Position numbers and translations under genes: made by a program. This document shows, piece after piece, positions 49,973-61,100 of a stretch of DNA of 64,000 nucleotides. The DNA is from an uncultured Chloroflexota bacterium (GTDB taxonomy: Bacteria > Chloroflexota > Dehalococcoidia > Lucifugimonadales > CAJXCD01), in contig CAJXCD010000001.1 of NCBI GenBank assembly GCA_913051545.1, positions 236,863-300,862 of the forward strand. Direction: 5' to 3'. Each line of letters begins with the position of its first letter. Positions within the stretch are counted from its first letter, which is position 1. The notes beneath the pieces were generated by a model. It saw nothing but the letters and a program-made list of their open reading frames with translations, was not told where the DNA came from and made no database searches.

Positions 49973-50698
49973 GTGGCATATCTTAAAGGCAGTGATAAGT
50001 CTAAATATGTGGCCTCTATGTTTGGGCGCATATCCAGCAGGTATGATTTTTTAAACACATTAATGACGGCCGGTCGCCATCATGCATGGCGTAAGATAGC
50101 GGTAGATATGCTTCTTGATGGTTTTTATGAAGGAATTGCTCTGGATGTGGCTACCGGTACAGGTGATTTCGCAATTGAGTTAGCCAGAAGCGATTCTGTT
50201 GGTGTAGTAGGTTTAGATTTTTCGTCAGGCATGATATCTGTGGGTCAAAACAAGATACTTGCAAAGGGTATTGGGCACAGAGTGTCTAATTTGGTTGGGG
50301 ATGCTCATATGCTTCCATTTGCTGATGAGACTTTCGCATGTGCTACAGTTGGCTTTGGGGTTAGAAATTTTATAGATTTACCCACCGCGATCCGAGAAAT
50401 AGCTAGAGTATTACAGCCTGGTGGCAGGATCGCAATTCTTGAAATTGTTCGGATCGAAAAAGGAATTTTTAGGTATCTATTTAAGCCGTATTTCAAATAT
50501 GTTACGCCTTGGATAGGTGCAGTTTTTGCTGGAGAAAAAGAGGCATACACATATCTGCCGCAGTCTGTTGAACTATTTCTCAGTGCTCGAGAGATGTTAG
50601 AGTTAATGCTTGAAATTGGGATGGAAGATGTCTCCATTAAGAAATTCGCTTTGGGTTCAGTCGCAATTGTTTCTGGACGTAAATCGAGGGATCCCTAG
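49973..50698 (+). CDS. ubiE: Demethylmenaquinone/ubiquinone C-methyltransferase
   Basis: FGRISSRYDFLNTLMTAGRHHAWRK, SAM motif LDVATGTGD, and the RVLQPGGR motif. GTG start. Confidence 0.85.
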   Translation: MAYLKGSDKSKYVASMFGRISSRYDFLNTLMTAGRHHAWRKIAVDMLLDGFYEGIALDVATGTGDFAIELARSDSVGVVGLDFSSGMISVGQNKILAKGIGHRVSNLVGDAHMLPFADETFACATVGFGVRNFIDLPTAIREIARVLQPGGRIAILEIVRIEKGIFRYLFKPYFKYVTPWIGAVFAGEKEAYTYLPQSVELFLSAREMLELMLEIGMEDVSIKKFALGSVAIVSGRKSRDP

Positions 50699-50719
50699 TC
50701 AGTATCCGAACATATCGTT

Positions 50720-51232
50720 TTACAAATAGGGAGTTTTTTCTCCAGCTCGCACAGGTGGTTTAATGCGATTTTCTGGTGGTGTTATAGGGCAACTCCACTG
50801 TTGATTGTATGCACAATTAGGATTGTAAGCTAGATTAAAATCAAGTAGAATTTGACCATTAGCGAGTACATTTACGTCGAGGTATCGACCACTGGAATAT
50901 GTTTCGATTCGAGTGGTTCCGTCTGCGAAGGGCAGGAAGAATCCCTCAGTGCCTTTCTGTTTGAATAGTGTTAGGGTGCACTCCTCTCCATGTAGGGAGA
51001 AAGATATTTTGCCCCAACTGATATACTCGGCATATTCATCTGTGCTGGTTTGAATGTTAACGGTTTCTTTTGAACTAAATTTTTCTACATCCAATTCATA
51101 TCTTAGATCAGGATCTTCATCATAATATGGTATTCCTGAAAACGCTTGTTGCTGAGAAGGTTCCAGTGGAGAATTTGGTGAAACTTTGAAGAAGTGATCC
51201 TTAGCTTTGCGGAATTCGATTAATTCAGACAC
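50720..51232 (-). CDS. DUF1684 domain protein
   Basis: FRKAKDHFFKVSPNSPL...F.GIPYYDEDPDLRY N-terminal pattern and the C-terminal AYNPNCAYN...WSCP motif, both typical of DUF1684. Confidence 0.7.
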   Translation of the reverse strand: MSELIEFRKAKDHFFKVSPNSPLEPSQQQAFSGIPYYDEDPDLRYELDVEKFSSKETVNIQTSTDEYAEYISWGKISFSLHGEECTLTLFKQKGTEGFFLPFADGTTRIETYSSGRYLDVNVLANGQILLDFNLAYNPNCAYNQQWSCPITPPENRIKPPVRAGEKTPYL

Positions 51233-51250
51233 CTAAGCCTCCTATGTTAT

Positions 51251-52732
51251 TCATTGGTTACGTAACTGAGGGAAAAGTACCACTTCTTTGATGGATGGTT
51301 TTCCTGAGAACAGCATGACTAGCCTATCTATTCCCAGTCCTAGTCCACCTGTTGGGGGCATTCCGTATTCTAAAGCAGTGAGAAAATCTTCGTCTAGGCG
51401 ATCCATATCTTCATCTTGAAACTGTATACGTAATTCTTCCTGTTTTTCCAGTCTGGCTCTTTGATCGATTGGGTCATTCAGCTCTGTGAACGCGTTGCAA
51501 ATTTCCATTCCAGCGATGAAGCCTTCGAAGCGTTCAGCCAGATGGGGATTTTCTTGTTTAGTCTTTGCTAGTGGTGACATTTCAACAGGGTAATCAACAA
51601 GGAATACTGGTTGAGTGAGATGTGGTTCGATTGCTGACGAGAGTAGTTTGTCGATCATCCCCCCCCAACTTACTTGTTTCTCGACATTTATACCGATAGA
51701 TTTCATAGAGAGAGAGAGAGACTCGACGTCATTTGATTTTAGGAAATCTATTCCCGTTTTGCTTATAATTTCCTTGCGCAGATCCAACTTGGTCCAAGGA
51801 GGAGTCAGGTCGATATTATGGTCGCCGTATTTAATCACTGACGTTCCGAGTATGGTTTGTGCAAGAGTGTGAATAAGGTTTTCCACGAATCCCATAACGT
51901 CATGGTAATTCGAGTATGCCTCATAACTTTCCATCATAGTGAATTCGGGGTTGTGGTGAAGGTCAAGTCCTTCATTTCGGAATGTTCTGCCAATTTCAAA
52001 TACTCTTTCTAGCCCACCAACCATAAGTCTTTTAAGGTATAGTTCGGTGGCTATTCGCAGGTACAAATCTCTTCCAAGTGCATTATAGTGAGTGACAAAT
52101 GGTCTGGCTGTGCCACCGGCGGCTATTGGTACGAGTATGGGCGTTTCAACTTCAATAAAATTTTTGCTCTGCATGAATTGTCTTAATTCAGACACAAATT
52201 TACTTCTCAATACAGCTATATTTCTGGCATCTTCGTTGGCGATTAGGTCTAAATACCTTTGGCGGTAACGAGTTTCTACATCAGACAAACCGTGCCATTT
52301 TTCAGGGAGAGGGCGCAGAGATTTGGATAGCATAATCCAAGATTTAATCTCTAGTGTTATCTGTCCAGTGCGTGTCTTCATGAGAGGACCTGACATGCCA
52401 ATCCAATCTCCAATGTCAATATCCCTTAGATCTGAATATGAAGATAGGCTGCCTTGTCGTGCCAGTGATTGAAGGTGCCCATGGCTGTCCATTACGTCAA
52501 TGAAAGTTGCCTTACCCATACCTCGTATAGCTGTTATGCGACCTGCCACAGATATTTCAGGGGTTTGGCCATTCTCATCTAGGCTTGATTCCAGATCTTC
52601 GTAAAAAGATGTAGCTTCGGAACTGTTGTGAGTTCTGGAATAGCGACTCGGGTATGGATCCAGACCTTTACTGCGAAGCTGCTTTAATTTATTCAGACGA
52701 GCATCAGGTATTGGATTTTCAAATTCATGCAA
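51251..52732 (-). CDS. lysS: Lysine--tRNA ligase (class II)
   Basis: N-terminal OB anticodon-binding domain. Class II motifs FRNEG and GGLGLGIDRLVML. Confidence 0.9.
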   Translation of the reverse strand: MHEFENPIPDARLNKLKQLRSKGLDPYPSRYSRTHNSSEATSFYEDLESSLDENGQTPEISVAGRITAIRGMGKATFIDVMDSHGHLQSLARQGSLSSYSDLRDIDIGDWIGMSGPLMKTRTGQITLEIKSWIMLSKSLRPLPEKWHGLSDVETRYRQRYLDLIANEDARNIAVLRSKFVSELRQFMQSKNFIEVETPILVPIAAGGTARPFVTHYNALGRDLYLRIATELYLKRLMVGGLERVFEIGRTFRNEGLDLHHNPEFTMMESYEAYSNYHDVMGFVENLIHTLAQTILGTSVIKYGDHNIDLTPPWTKLDLRKEIISKTGIDFLKSNDVESLSLSMKSIGINVEKQVSWGGMIDKLLSSAIEPHLTQPVFLVDYPVEMSPLAKTKQENPHLAERFEGFIAGMEICNAFTELNDPIDQRARLEKQEELRIQFQDEDMDRLDEDFLTALEYGMPPTGGLGLGIDRLVMLFSGKPSIKEVVLFPQLRNQ

Positions 52733-53036
52733 GTTTAGTGAAGCCTCCGAAAGTAATCAATCATGATTTCTTAAGAGAAAGATGATTTTACAGATTAAGA
52801 ATTAGGGACACATTTTATCGTTTGGTTATTAGGAAGTAAATCTCAGTTCTATGTCCTCCTACAACGCATTTACAGAAGTCACATTTTGCGCACGGTAATT
52901 TTTCGTAAAAATATTAATCATTTCTAAAAAATGAACTAACTTTTGCTTTAAATTATGCATTTAATAGTGTTAGGGTCACATAGTTCACATACTGAATATA
53001 GTCGTGAGGGGAGGTTTTTATCATTAGAGGGGGGTA

Positions 53037-53594
53037 ATGGTTACTCGAATCACAGGGGGGATGTATCGCGGCAGGAAGGTTAGGTCTCGTACCAGTAGAG
53101 ACTTGAGGCCCACTCTGGAATCCGTTAGGGCGGCTATTTATTCAGTGCTGGGCGATCTATTCGTCGACGGAGCTAAGGTACTCGACCTATTTGCTGGTAC
53201 TGGTTCGTTGGGTATAGAGGCTCTGAGTAGAGGTGCTGTACACGCAGATTTCGTTGAGTCAAATGGTGGTCGATGCAGAGATATTAAGGCAAGTCTGAAG
53301 GAGCTTGGGCTGGAGGAATTTGGAGATGTATATCCCGGTAGAGTAGAGAAGGTTCTTTTAAGACTTAGACAGAGCTATAGGCTTGTATTGGCTGCTCCAC
53401 CATATGATGATGATCCTTGGGGGCAAATAATGAATACTATAAATGACAACAACATACTTGATGTCGATGGTTTAGTGGTCACAGATCACCGTAAGAATCT
53501 CGAACTGTCGAATTCTTACGGTGATCTATTCAAACGGAGAGAAAAGCGGTATGGGGATACCGTAGTAACAATATATGGTGTAGGAGTTAGATAG
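53037..53594 (+). CDS. rsmD: 16S rRNA (guanine966-N2)-methyltransferase
   Basis: RITGGMYRGRKV, LDLFAGTGSLGIEALSRGA, and a PPY motif (AAPPYDD). Confidence 0.85.
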   Translation: MVTRITGGMYRGRKVRSRTSRDLRPTLESVRAAIYSVLGDLFVDGAKVLDLFAGTGSLGIEALSRGAVHADFVESNGGRCRDIKASLKELGLEEFGDVYPGRVEKVLLRLRQSYRLVLAAPPYDDDPWGQIMNTINDNNILDVDGLVVTDHRKNLELSNSYGDLFKRREKRYGDTVVTIYGVGVR

Positions 53595-54088
53595 TGGTTA
53601 AAGCGTTGTACCCAGGCACTTTTGATCCGGTCCACAATGGACATTTAGATATTGCAGTTAGGGCTTCGCGTCTGTTCGACACCTTGATCGTGGCTGTATA
53701 TGAGACTCCACCAAAAAATACCTTGTTTGCACCACATGAAAGAGTAGACCTCTTTAAATGTGCCGTGGAAAGTGTCGGTAATGTAGAAGTCACTTCGTTT
53801 AGTGGGTTGACTCCCCACTTTGCTAGGGAGATCGGTGCTGAAGTGATAGTGAGAGGGTTGAGGGCTGGTCCAGATTTTGATACCGAGTCTGAACTTGCTT
53901 TAATGTGGCGTCAATTGGATTCTGGTATCGATGTGGCTTGTTTAATTAGTGAACTAAAGTATCAATTCGTATTCTCGAGTCGTATAAAGGAGGTTGCACA
54001 TTTAGGCGGTGATGTATCGGCACTTGTTCCAGAAGCTGTTTCTACCAAGTTAAGGGACAGATTCAAATTTCAATCGCAGGAAATATAA
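53594..54088 (+). CDS. coaD: Phosphopantetheine adenylyltransferase
   Basis: YPGTFDPVHNGHLDI (T/HxGH motif), 164 aa. Start overlaps the rsmD stop. Confidence 0.9.
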   Translation: MVKALYPGTFDPVHNGHLDIAVRASRLFDTLIVAVYETPPKNTLFAPHERVDLFKCAVESVGNVEVTSFSGLTPHFAREIGAEVIVRGLRAGPDFDTESELALMWRQLDSGIDVACLISELKYQFVFSSRIKEVAHLGGDVSALVPEAVSTKLRDRFKFQSQEI

Positions 54089-54102
54089 ATAGGGGGATCA
54101 AT

Positions 54103-54693
54103 ATGGATATTGTAAAAATGATACAAGAGATGGATACGGTGTGTATGTCTGCGACTAAAGTTCCAGGTTTGAGAGGTAAGGCTATGGTTGATGTGGAGCG
54201 CCTCGCTTCATTGGCTAAGCTAATGTTAGACTCTCTGCCAGCAGATTTACAGGAAGCTCAGGAAATTCTTAAACAGAAAGAGAGTATCCTTAATCAGACA
54301 CAATTAGAGGTGAATAGGATTAAGGATATTGCTGAAAAGGAAGTAGTATCTTTGAGAGCAGCTGCTGAACAGAAACAGAGAGATCTTGTAGATGATTCAG
54401 AAATCATGAGAGTAGCTGAGGCTAAAGCAGAAGAAGTCAATCAGCAATCAATTAGTGAAGGTAAAAAGATTGTAGAAGAAGCTCAGAAACGCTCTTATAG
54501 GATAGTTGACGAAGCTGAGATGGCTTCTTCAGTTAGGCGTGATGGTGCTGATCAGTATGCTCGTGAAACCTTGTTTGATTTGGAAGAGAGGTTGGCTGGT
54601 CTTCTAGGTCAAGTTAGGAAAGGTATAGATTCTTTAGGCATTGAGGCTGGAACTACAGTCCAAAACGGTAACAGTGCATCAGTGACTTCCTAG
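54103..54693 (+). CDS. Conserved hypothetical coiled-coil protein
   Basis: 196 aa, heptad-rich and Glu/Lys/Gln-rich, no TM segments. Resembles uncharacterised coiled-coil proteins often mis-annotated as ATPase subunits. Confidence 0.45.
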   Translation: MDIVKMIQEMDTVCMSATKVPGLRGKAMVDVERLASLAKLMLDSLPADLQEAQEILKQKESILNQTQLEVNRIKDIAEKEVVSLRAAAEQKQRDLVDDSEIMRVAEAKAEEVNQQSISEGKKIVEEAQKRSYRIVDEAEMASSVRRDGADQYARETLFDLEERLAGLLGQVRKGIDSLGIEAGTTVQNGNSASVTS

Positions 54694-54755
54694 GGGGTCC
54701 ATATAGGATCGGGTGATCGGTTAGTCGTTGTTGCTTGGGTGACCATTGTTATATA

Positions 54756-54791
54756 AAAGGGCTGTTGGTTTGACGATGCCAATAGCCCTTT
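54756..54791. terminator. Bidirectional stem-loop terminator between convergent genes
   Basis: AAAGGGCTGTTGG / CCAATAGCCCTTT 13-bp inverted repeat (one G:U or mismatch) flanked by A/T runs. Lies between the 54693 (+) and 54803 (-) gene ends. Confidence 0.6.
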
Positions 54792-54802
54792 AGTTTTATA
54801 TT

Positions 54803-55108
54803 TTATATTCCAGGGTTATCGTAGCGGTGCAGTCTACTATATGGGAGCATAGCTAGGTGCCGAGCCCGTTTTATGGCTGAAGCTACACCTCTCTGATGCT
54901 TGGAGCAGGCACCACTCTTGCGCCTAGATTCAATTTTTGACTGATCAGATACGAATCTTCTAAGAATCGAGATATCTTTATAGTCTATATATGTAGTATG
55001 GTTCACACAGAATTGGCATACCTTACGTCTGGTGAAGTATTTGGGTCGGCCTCGTCTCTGCCCTCCTCCTCTACTACTATCAGCATTATCCTGCATACTC
55101 ACAATCAA
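54803..55108 (-). CDS. rpsR: 30S ribosomal protein S18
   Basis: YIDYKDISILRRFVSDQSKIESRRKSG...KHQRGVASAIKRARHLAMLPY. Start ambiguous (TTG 55108, GTG 55102, ATG 55096); an AGGAG lies just upstream. Confidence 0.9.
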   Translation of the reverse strand: MIVSMQDNADSSRGGGQRRGRPKYFTRRKVCQFCVNHTTYIDYKDISILRRFVSDQSKIESRRKSGACSKHQRGVASAIKRARHLAMLPYSRLHRYDNPGI

Positions 55109-55145
55109 AGCTCCTTGTTGATTAGCTATTTACGTAACCACAACG

Positions 55146-55544
55146 CTACCATGGCAAATCTTCCCCTTCAGAGGTTTGGGGTTGAGTGATTTCATTTCTT
55201 GAGGTATCTTCAGGTGTGGCACGATCAAGAAACCTAACCTCATTTGCCACTATTTCATTCCTGAACCTCATCTGACCATCGTTCCCGGTCCAAGAATCAC
55301 TTTTTAGACGACCCTCAGCATATATTTTCATACCCTTTGTAACGTATTGGTTACACTGCTCTGCTAGCTTATTCCACGCGGTGATCGTAAACCACTCCGT
55401 CTCTTCACGCTGTTCACCTTCCGAAGTAGTATATCTTCGGTTGGTGGCGAGACGGAAAGACGTTACGGGGTTCCCGTTGGGTGTATACCTCATCTCTGGG
55501 TCAGTTCCAACATTCCCAATAACTAAAATCTTGTTTAGAGTCAT
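55146..55544 (-). CDS. ssb: Single-stranded DNA-binding protein
   Basis: OB fold MTLNKILVIGNVGTDPEMRYTPNG...TEWF.ITAW and acidic C-terminal tip EGEDLPW. Confidence 0.9.
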   Translation of the reverse strand: MTLNKILVIGNVGTDPEMRYTPNGNPVTSFRLATNRRYTTSEGEQREETEWFTITAWNKLAEQCNQYVTKGMKIYAEGRLKSDSWTGNDGQMRFRNEIVANEVRFLDRATPEDTSRNEITQPQTSEGEDLPW

Positions 55545-55572
55545 ATTTATACCAAAATACCGCTCGAATTAT

Positions 55573-55929
55573 CTAACTCTCAGGATTATCCTGTGTTTCC
55601 ATCTTTGTTACTAGGAAACGGATAACATCCTCAGATATGTTAAGGGTTCGGTTGATTTCTTTGAGGGCATCAGGCTCAGAGGAAAACCTGGTCAAAACGT
55701 AATTGCCTTGCCTATGGGTTTCTATTGGATATGCTAATCGTCTGAGACCCCACACGTCATTGGTTCCAACAGAACCTTTATTAGAGGTAATTAGTCCATT
55801 AATCCGTTCCACCACGGATTTTATTTCATCCTCAGTAGCCTCAGGGCTGAGGATCATGACTAGTTCATATTCACGGGCTTTTTCTACTACCAAATTTCTC
55901 CGCCGATCATCTTCATTGCGTGCAGTCAT
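55573..55929 (-). CDS. rpsF: 30S ribosomal protein S6
   Basis: YELVMILSP...YPI motifs and rpsF-ssb-rpsR synteny. ATG 55929 chosen because the track ORF adds a hydrophobic, non-S6-like N-terminus. Confidence 0.85.
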   Translation of the reverse strand: MTARNEDDRRRNLVVEKAREYELVMILSPEATEDEIKSVVERINGLITSNKGSVGTNDVWGLRRLAYPIETHRQGNYVLTRFSSEPDALKEINRTLNISEDVIRFLVTKMETQDNPES

Positions 55930-56090
55930 ATTGTAGCATGGCCAGTATTGGAGTGCCACAAATATCAACTTGTACAGGATTGGAAAGCTATCAATAATGA
56001 TGGCCGAAAACTTCAAGCTTGATATAATGGTGATGTTTAGATACGTTTTATTTCATGGCATAGTGATTTGCGCCGTCAGGGGGCACTAGT

Positions 56091-57017
56091 TTGTCTGTAG
56101 TGAGATTCCTGCTCTTTTGTATAGATACGACCAATGAATTCCTAAGTAGAAATTGTCCATTTATAGCTGGTGCTATAGCTTTTTATACACTTTTCTCTCT
56201 ATTCCCATTGATTCTTGGAATAGTGTCAGTGTTAAGTTTCTTTGGACCTAATTCTCAGGAAGAACAGGCCAAACTAGTAGAGAGTATAGCCGCGGTGTTG
56301 CCTGTATCGAGTGATTACATTGGTCAGCAGATTCAGTCAGTAGTGAGAACCAGAGCTATTACGGGGATGTTTAGTTTTCTAGCTTTAGTCTGGGCATCTA
56401 GTACTGCATTTGGGGCCATCAGAAAAGGGATTAATGCAGCTTGGGGCATTCGAAAAACTCGCCCATATTTGAAAGAGCGGCTGATTGACATCGCCTTGGT
56501 ATTTGGTGCAGGGATAGTAGTTCTTGTAATACTGTTTAGCACGGCAGCTATAGGAGTTCTGAGGGAAGTGGTACAGGCACTTGATCCACAGGTGGAAGGG
56601 ATTAACCCTGGTATTTGGCAATGGCTCAGTGGATTAATCACTCCTATAATTTCCTTTATAACTTTTGTGGTTCTATACGTTTTTATCCCCAACACGGGCG
56701 TGAAATTCAGGGATGCTTGGCCTGGGGCATTGGTAGCTTCCGTAGCTTTTTACGCTGCAAACTGGGGATTTGTATGGTACGTTACGACTTATGGACCTAC
56801 AACATATAACTTACTGTACGGTTCCATCGGTGGTGTCGTTGCTCTGCTGACGTGGGCCTATTTATCATCTATAATCGTTTTACTAGGAGCTTTGATAACA
56901 TCAAAATATACGTCGTATTCTGCGGGTATAAAGGATGGGCCGGATAGGTTATATCTCCTTTGGACTGGATTCACTCGTGTGAGGCTAAGGGTTGTGGAAT
57001 CATCTGAAATGGCTTAG
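56091..57017 (+). CDS. YihY/BrkB family membrane protein
   Basis: 308 aa, six hydrophobic segments. N-terminal AGAIAFYTLFSLFPL and C-terminal YGSIGGVVALLTWAYLSS motifs typical of YihY. Confidence 0.8.
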   Translation: MSVVRFLLFCIDTTNEFLSRNCPFIAGAIAFYTLFSLFPLILGIVSVLSFFGPNSQEEQAKLVESIAAVLPVSSDYIGQQIQSVVRTRAITGMFSFLALVWASSTAFGAIRKGINAAWGIRKTRPYLKERLIDIALVFGAGIVVLVILFSTAAIGVLREVVQALDPQVEGINPGIWQWLSGLITPIISFITFVVLYVFIPNTGVKFRDAWPGALVASVAFYAANWGFVWYVTTYGPTTYNLLYGSIGGVVALLTWAYLSSIIVLLGALITSKYTSYSAGIKDGPDRLYLLWTGFTRVRLRVVESSEMA

Positions 57018-58155
57018 AAAAAAAAGCCTGACGGGGTACTCCCTCGCTATTGTTGTACAAATTGTTTTGACTGCTGGAGCTTGCGGCGAGGTCGTCTTAG
57101 AGCCAGCGGTAACGACAGACCTTTCCCCTGTCCCAACCGTTGAGATTGAGTCTACTATTACGGTGGTAGAGGACAACTCCCAGATTAATGATACCCAACC
57201 GCGGCAATCACTTGCAGTGTCAGATACCCTACCGTCTATAGCTGATGTGGTGGAAGATGCCAGTCCGTGGGTAGTTTCGATAACCACGGAGTCGTTTGTG
57301 AGAGGATTTTTTCTAGATTATAAGAACCAAGAATCAGGTTCAGGTATCGTAGTTAGGCCAGATGGATATATTGTTACAAATCACCATGTCATTCAAAGTT
57401 CAACAGATATTAAAGTTCACCTCCCGTCTGGCGATACATACCCTGCATCGTTGGTGGGAGTAGATGATGTAACAGATTTGGCGGTATTGAAAATTGACGC
57501 AAATGGCCTAAAGTCTGCAAACTTTGGAGCTTCAGACGATTTAAGAGTTGGGGACTGGGTTGTAACTATAGGTAACGCTTTGGCACTCAAGGGTGGCCCA
57601 ACTGTAACCCTGGGGATTGTGAGTGGATTGGATAGAACTATTAGTACCGACGAAGGACGTAGACAATTTTACGATTTAATTCAGACAGATGCAGCAATCA
57701 ATACCGGTAATAGCGGTGGCCCACTTGTTAATATGGCCGGAGACGTTGTTGGCGTTAACCAAGCACGTTTGCCTCAGGCTCAGGGTGTAGGATTTGCAAT
57801 AGGATCAGATGTTGCTGTACCAATAATACAAGGATTGATAAAAACTGGTCGAATTTCGCGCCCAATGATTGGTTTCCTTGGTCAGGATATAACCTCAGCT
57901 AATGCGGATGCTTTGAATCTAGATTTCAGCGAAGGGGTTATAGTAACTGTGATATCGAAGAGTGGTCCAGCTTACCAGTCAGGAGTACGAGCAGGTGACG
58001 TTTTGACCAAAATTGACAGTATGCCTATTGCAGATGTTGAAGAATGGCTAAAACTCCTATGGTCTTATGATGTGGGCAGCAATGTGGACATAGAGCTATT
58101 TAGGAACGGGGAAATAATCAACACAACTGTTCAATTAGGTGAACGGGGGTCTTGA
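56992..58155 (+). CDS. HtrA/DegP-like trypsin-fold serine protease with PDZ domain
   Basis: N-terminal anchor. Catalytic triad context TNHHV, DLAVLKI, GNSGGPLVN. C-terminal PDZ (GVRAGDVLTKID). Confidence 0.85.
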   Translation: MWNHLKWLRKKSLTGYSLAIVVQIVLTAGACGEVVLEPAVTTDLSPVPTVEIESTITVVEDNSQINDTQPRQSLAVSDTLPSIADVVEDASPWVVSITTESFVRGFFLDYKNQESGSGIVVRPDGYIVTNHHVIQSSTDIKVHLPSGDTYPASLVGVDDVTDLAVLKIDANGLKSANFGASDDLRVGDWVVTIGNALALKGGPTVTLGIVSGLDRTISTDEGRRQFYDLIQTDAAINTGNSGGPLVNMAGDVVGVNQARLPQAQGVGFAIGSDVAVPIIQGLIKTGRISRPMIGFLGQDITSANADALNLDFSEGVIVTVISKSGPAYQSGVRAGDVLTKIDSMPIADVEEWLKLLWSYDVGSNVDIELFRNGEIINTTVQLGERGS

Positions 58156-58182
58156 GATATATACCATACAGGTTTATATGAT

Positions 58183-61100
58183 CTAACGTTTTACACCTAA
58201 AGTGATACTAAGTCCGTCTAACCGATGGTTTTCAGTGTAAGACGATTCTGGAGGGTTCCCTTCGATCAATTTCACAGATAATGTTTCCTGTCTTAGGTAT
58301 TCATTATGCGCTGAAATCACATCTTTTAGTTGCGAGTCACACTCGTAATAAGTTGTTATTTGATCAGCAATATCGAATTCGGCCGAACGTCTCATATTTT
58401 GAATTTTGTGTACTAACTCTCGTGCCATGCCTTCCGAAGCTAGTTCGATTCCAATATCTGTAGTAATAGCTACGGTGTATCCTGCATCTCGGGAAACTGA
58501 CAATCCTGGTTTGTCGATTGAAGTAAAATTGACGTCTCCATGGCTCAATTCAAAATTTCCGATTAGTATCTTACAATTGGGATCCAATTCCGAATCTTTT
58601 CTGTCTGGGTATTTTCGAGTTTGTTGGAATATATCTTCAGGATTCTCTTTTAACAAAGCTTCTTTCAGATCGCTTAATTTGTTGCCAAATTTGGGCCCAA
58701 CGGAAGACATATTTAGTTGGACAGATCTTGTAGAAAAATCCATCTCATCTCTTACTACAGACAATTTTTTCACATTGAGTTCTTCAAGTATCTGTGGCGT
58801 AATAATTTCCAAATCATCTTTTTCTTCCAAAACGGGTAATGCAACATATAGTTCCTGTAGAGGTTGTCTAACCTTAATCCCTGCTTGACTTCTAGCAGCA
58901 CGACCTATGCTGCAAATACGCATACCTAACCTAGTAGATGCGGATAGATCGGTGTCTATACAATAAAGATCAGGTACAGGATATGATTCAAGATGAACGC
59001 TTTCTTGACCAATGTCGAATGATCGAACCAGATTTTGATACATGGATTCCGTTGTATACGGAAGGAACGGTGCTAATAATTTTGTCAGTGTGGTCAGGCA
59101 ATTATACAGTGTGTTGTATGCAGCTAGCTTGTCCCTATCAACATCTCCTTGATTAGGACCAGCCGTTCCACTTTTCCAGAAACGCCTTCTGCTTCTACGA
59201 ACATACCAATTAGATAGAAATTCTACAAACTGCTCCATTTTACGGCATGCGTTGGCCGGATCATATTTTTCAAGGGACTCTGTAACAGCTACGATTAATT
59301 CGTTTAATTCGGACGTTATCCAACGATCCAGTTCTGGCCGATCTTCAAGGGGGATAGAATTAGTTAGAGTAGGATTGAATTCGTCTATATTTGCGTACGT
59401 TACGAAGAACGAATAAACGTTCCAGAGGGGTATGATGAATCTACGACGTGATTCATCAGCAATTCCCAACCCGAAGTTGAGATTTGCGGCAGGATTGTGG
59501 TTGATGTACACCCACCGCATAGCATCTACGCCCATTTGGTCGGCTGCATCTTCGAACCAAATTGCATTACCCTTGCTTTTGTGCATCTCATCGCCGTTTT
59601 CGTCACGCATCAAGGCATAGCTGAACACTGTACGGAAAGGTTCAGAATTTTCAAGAGCTGTACTCATAGTTAATAATGAGTAGAACCAGTTGCGAAATTG
59701 CCCAGGGAAACTCTCTGATATAAGGTCAGCAGGGAACCAATCTTTCCAGTAACCATGGTCATTGCGGTATCCGAGGGTTGAAAAAGAAACTATTCCTGCA
59801 TCTAGCCAAGGATTTCCTACATCCAGAATCCGTGAGACTTTTTCTCCACATTTTTCGCATTCGATTTTTATCGAATCTATCCAAGGTCTATGTGGTGATT
59901 GGCCTTTTAATTTTTCCCACCCTTCTACTGCACGTCTCTCCAACTCTTGTTCACTGCCGATGACGTCAAAATGGCCACAATCACATTTGAAAATTGGTAA
60001 TGCTAATCCCCAATACCGTTTTTTGGAGATCATCCAATCATCCATGTTATTTAACCAATCTAGTTCTCGTTGTAGACCGAATCCTGGAACCCAATTAGCC
60101 TTTCGTGTAACTTTCGCAATCTGGCTTCTGAGTGCATCCATTGAAATAAACCATTCGTTTACAAGCCTAAAGACAAGTTCAGTGTTACATCTCCAGCATA
60201 CTGGATATCGATGTTTGTATTTTTCCAACCGGTAAAAAATGCCCTTTTGTTTTAGGCTTTTGTAAATCAATTCGTTTACTTCAAATACACTTTTACCTGT
60301 CAGCCAGTCGAATCCATCTACAAACATTCCTGATTCATCTAAGGGAGCTATGACAGTTATTCCTTTTGATTTACTTATCTCGAAATCTTCCTCGCCTGCT
60401 CCAGGCGCTGCATGGACGATCCCTGTTCCCTCCGATTCGCTCACGGTGTCACTAGTTACTACGGTATGCTTAACACCTTGTTGGATGGGTAGCTCATCGA
60501 AAGGACCGTGGTATTCGATTCCCTCTAATGACCTACCAGGGATTTCAGATAATACGGTGTATTCTCCCCCGAGTTCACTTAATCGAGAACTCATAAGATA
60601 GAATATCTCTTTATCTTTGGTTTCGACCTTAGAATACATTAGGTCTGGGTGCACGTAGGCAAACGTGTTACTAGTAAGAGTCCAAGGTGTAGTTGTCCAG
60701 ATTAGTAATGACTCATTTTCTTTGTCTACAATGGGGAATTTCACATATAGCCCGGGATGAACAATCTCTTGGTACCCTTCTGTGACTATCTCGTGTTGGG
60801 AAAGTCCTGTGCCACAGCGTGGACACCATGGCATTACATCTGTTCCTTCATATACCCAACCATTTTCGTAACACACTTTCAAGAAGTGCCAAATCGTGTA
60901 GTTGTTTTCGTCAGACATTGTATGGTAAGAATTATCCCAGTCCATCCAGTAAGCTAGTCTGATAGATTGATTTGTTTGAATTTCAGCAAACCGTAGGACT
61001 CTATCTTTGCACAGGTTTACAAACTTATCGATTCCAAATTTTTCTATATCACGTTTAGAATTAAGGCCGAGTTCCTTTTCTACTTCAACTTCTATCCACA

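Noticed and set aside
50707-50720. CGAACATATCGTTT, a partial Cheo-box-like sequence
   Set aside because: Only the left arm matches. It lies between the convergent 3' ends of ubiE and the DUF1684 gene, which is not a promoter context.
51659-51721. C8 homopolymer (51659..51666) and an (AG)7 microsatellite (51707..51721) inside lysS
   Set aside because: Both are in frame within an intact essential gene (encoding ...SWGGM... and ...SLSLSM...). There is no evidence of phase variation. I note them only as possible sequencing-error hotspots.
52733-53036. 304-bp AT-rich divergent intergenic region between lysS and rsmD, checked for a T-box or L-box leader
   Set aside because: There is no GGUGGUACCGCG-type T-box core, no convincing terminator/antiterminator pair, and no conserved riboswitch motif that I could recognise. 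It probably holds only two divergent promoters.
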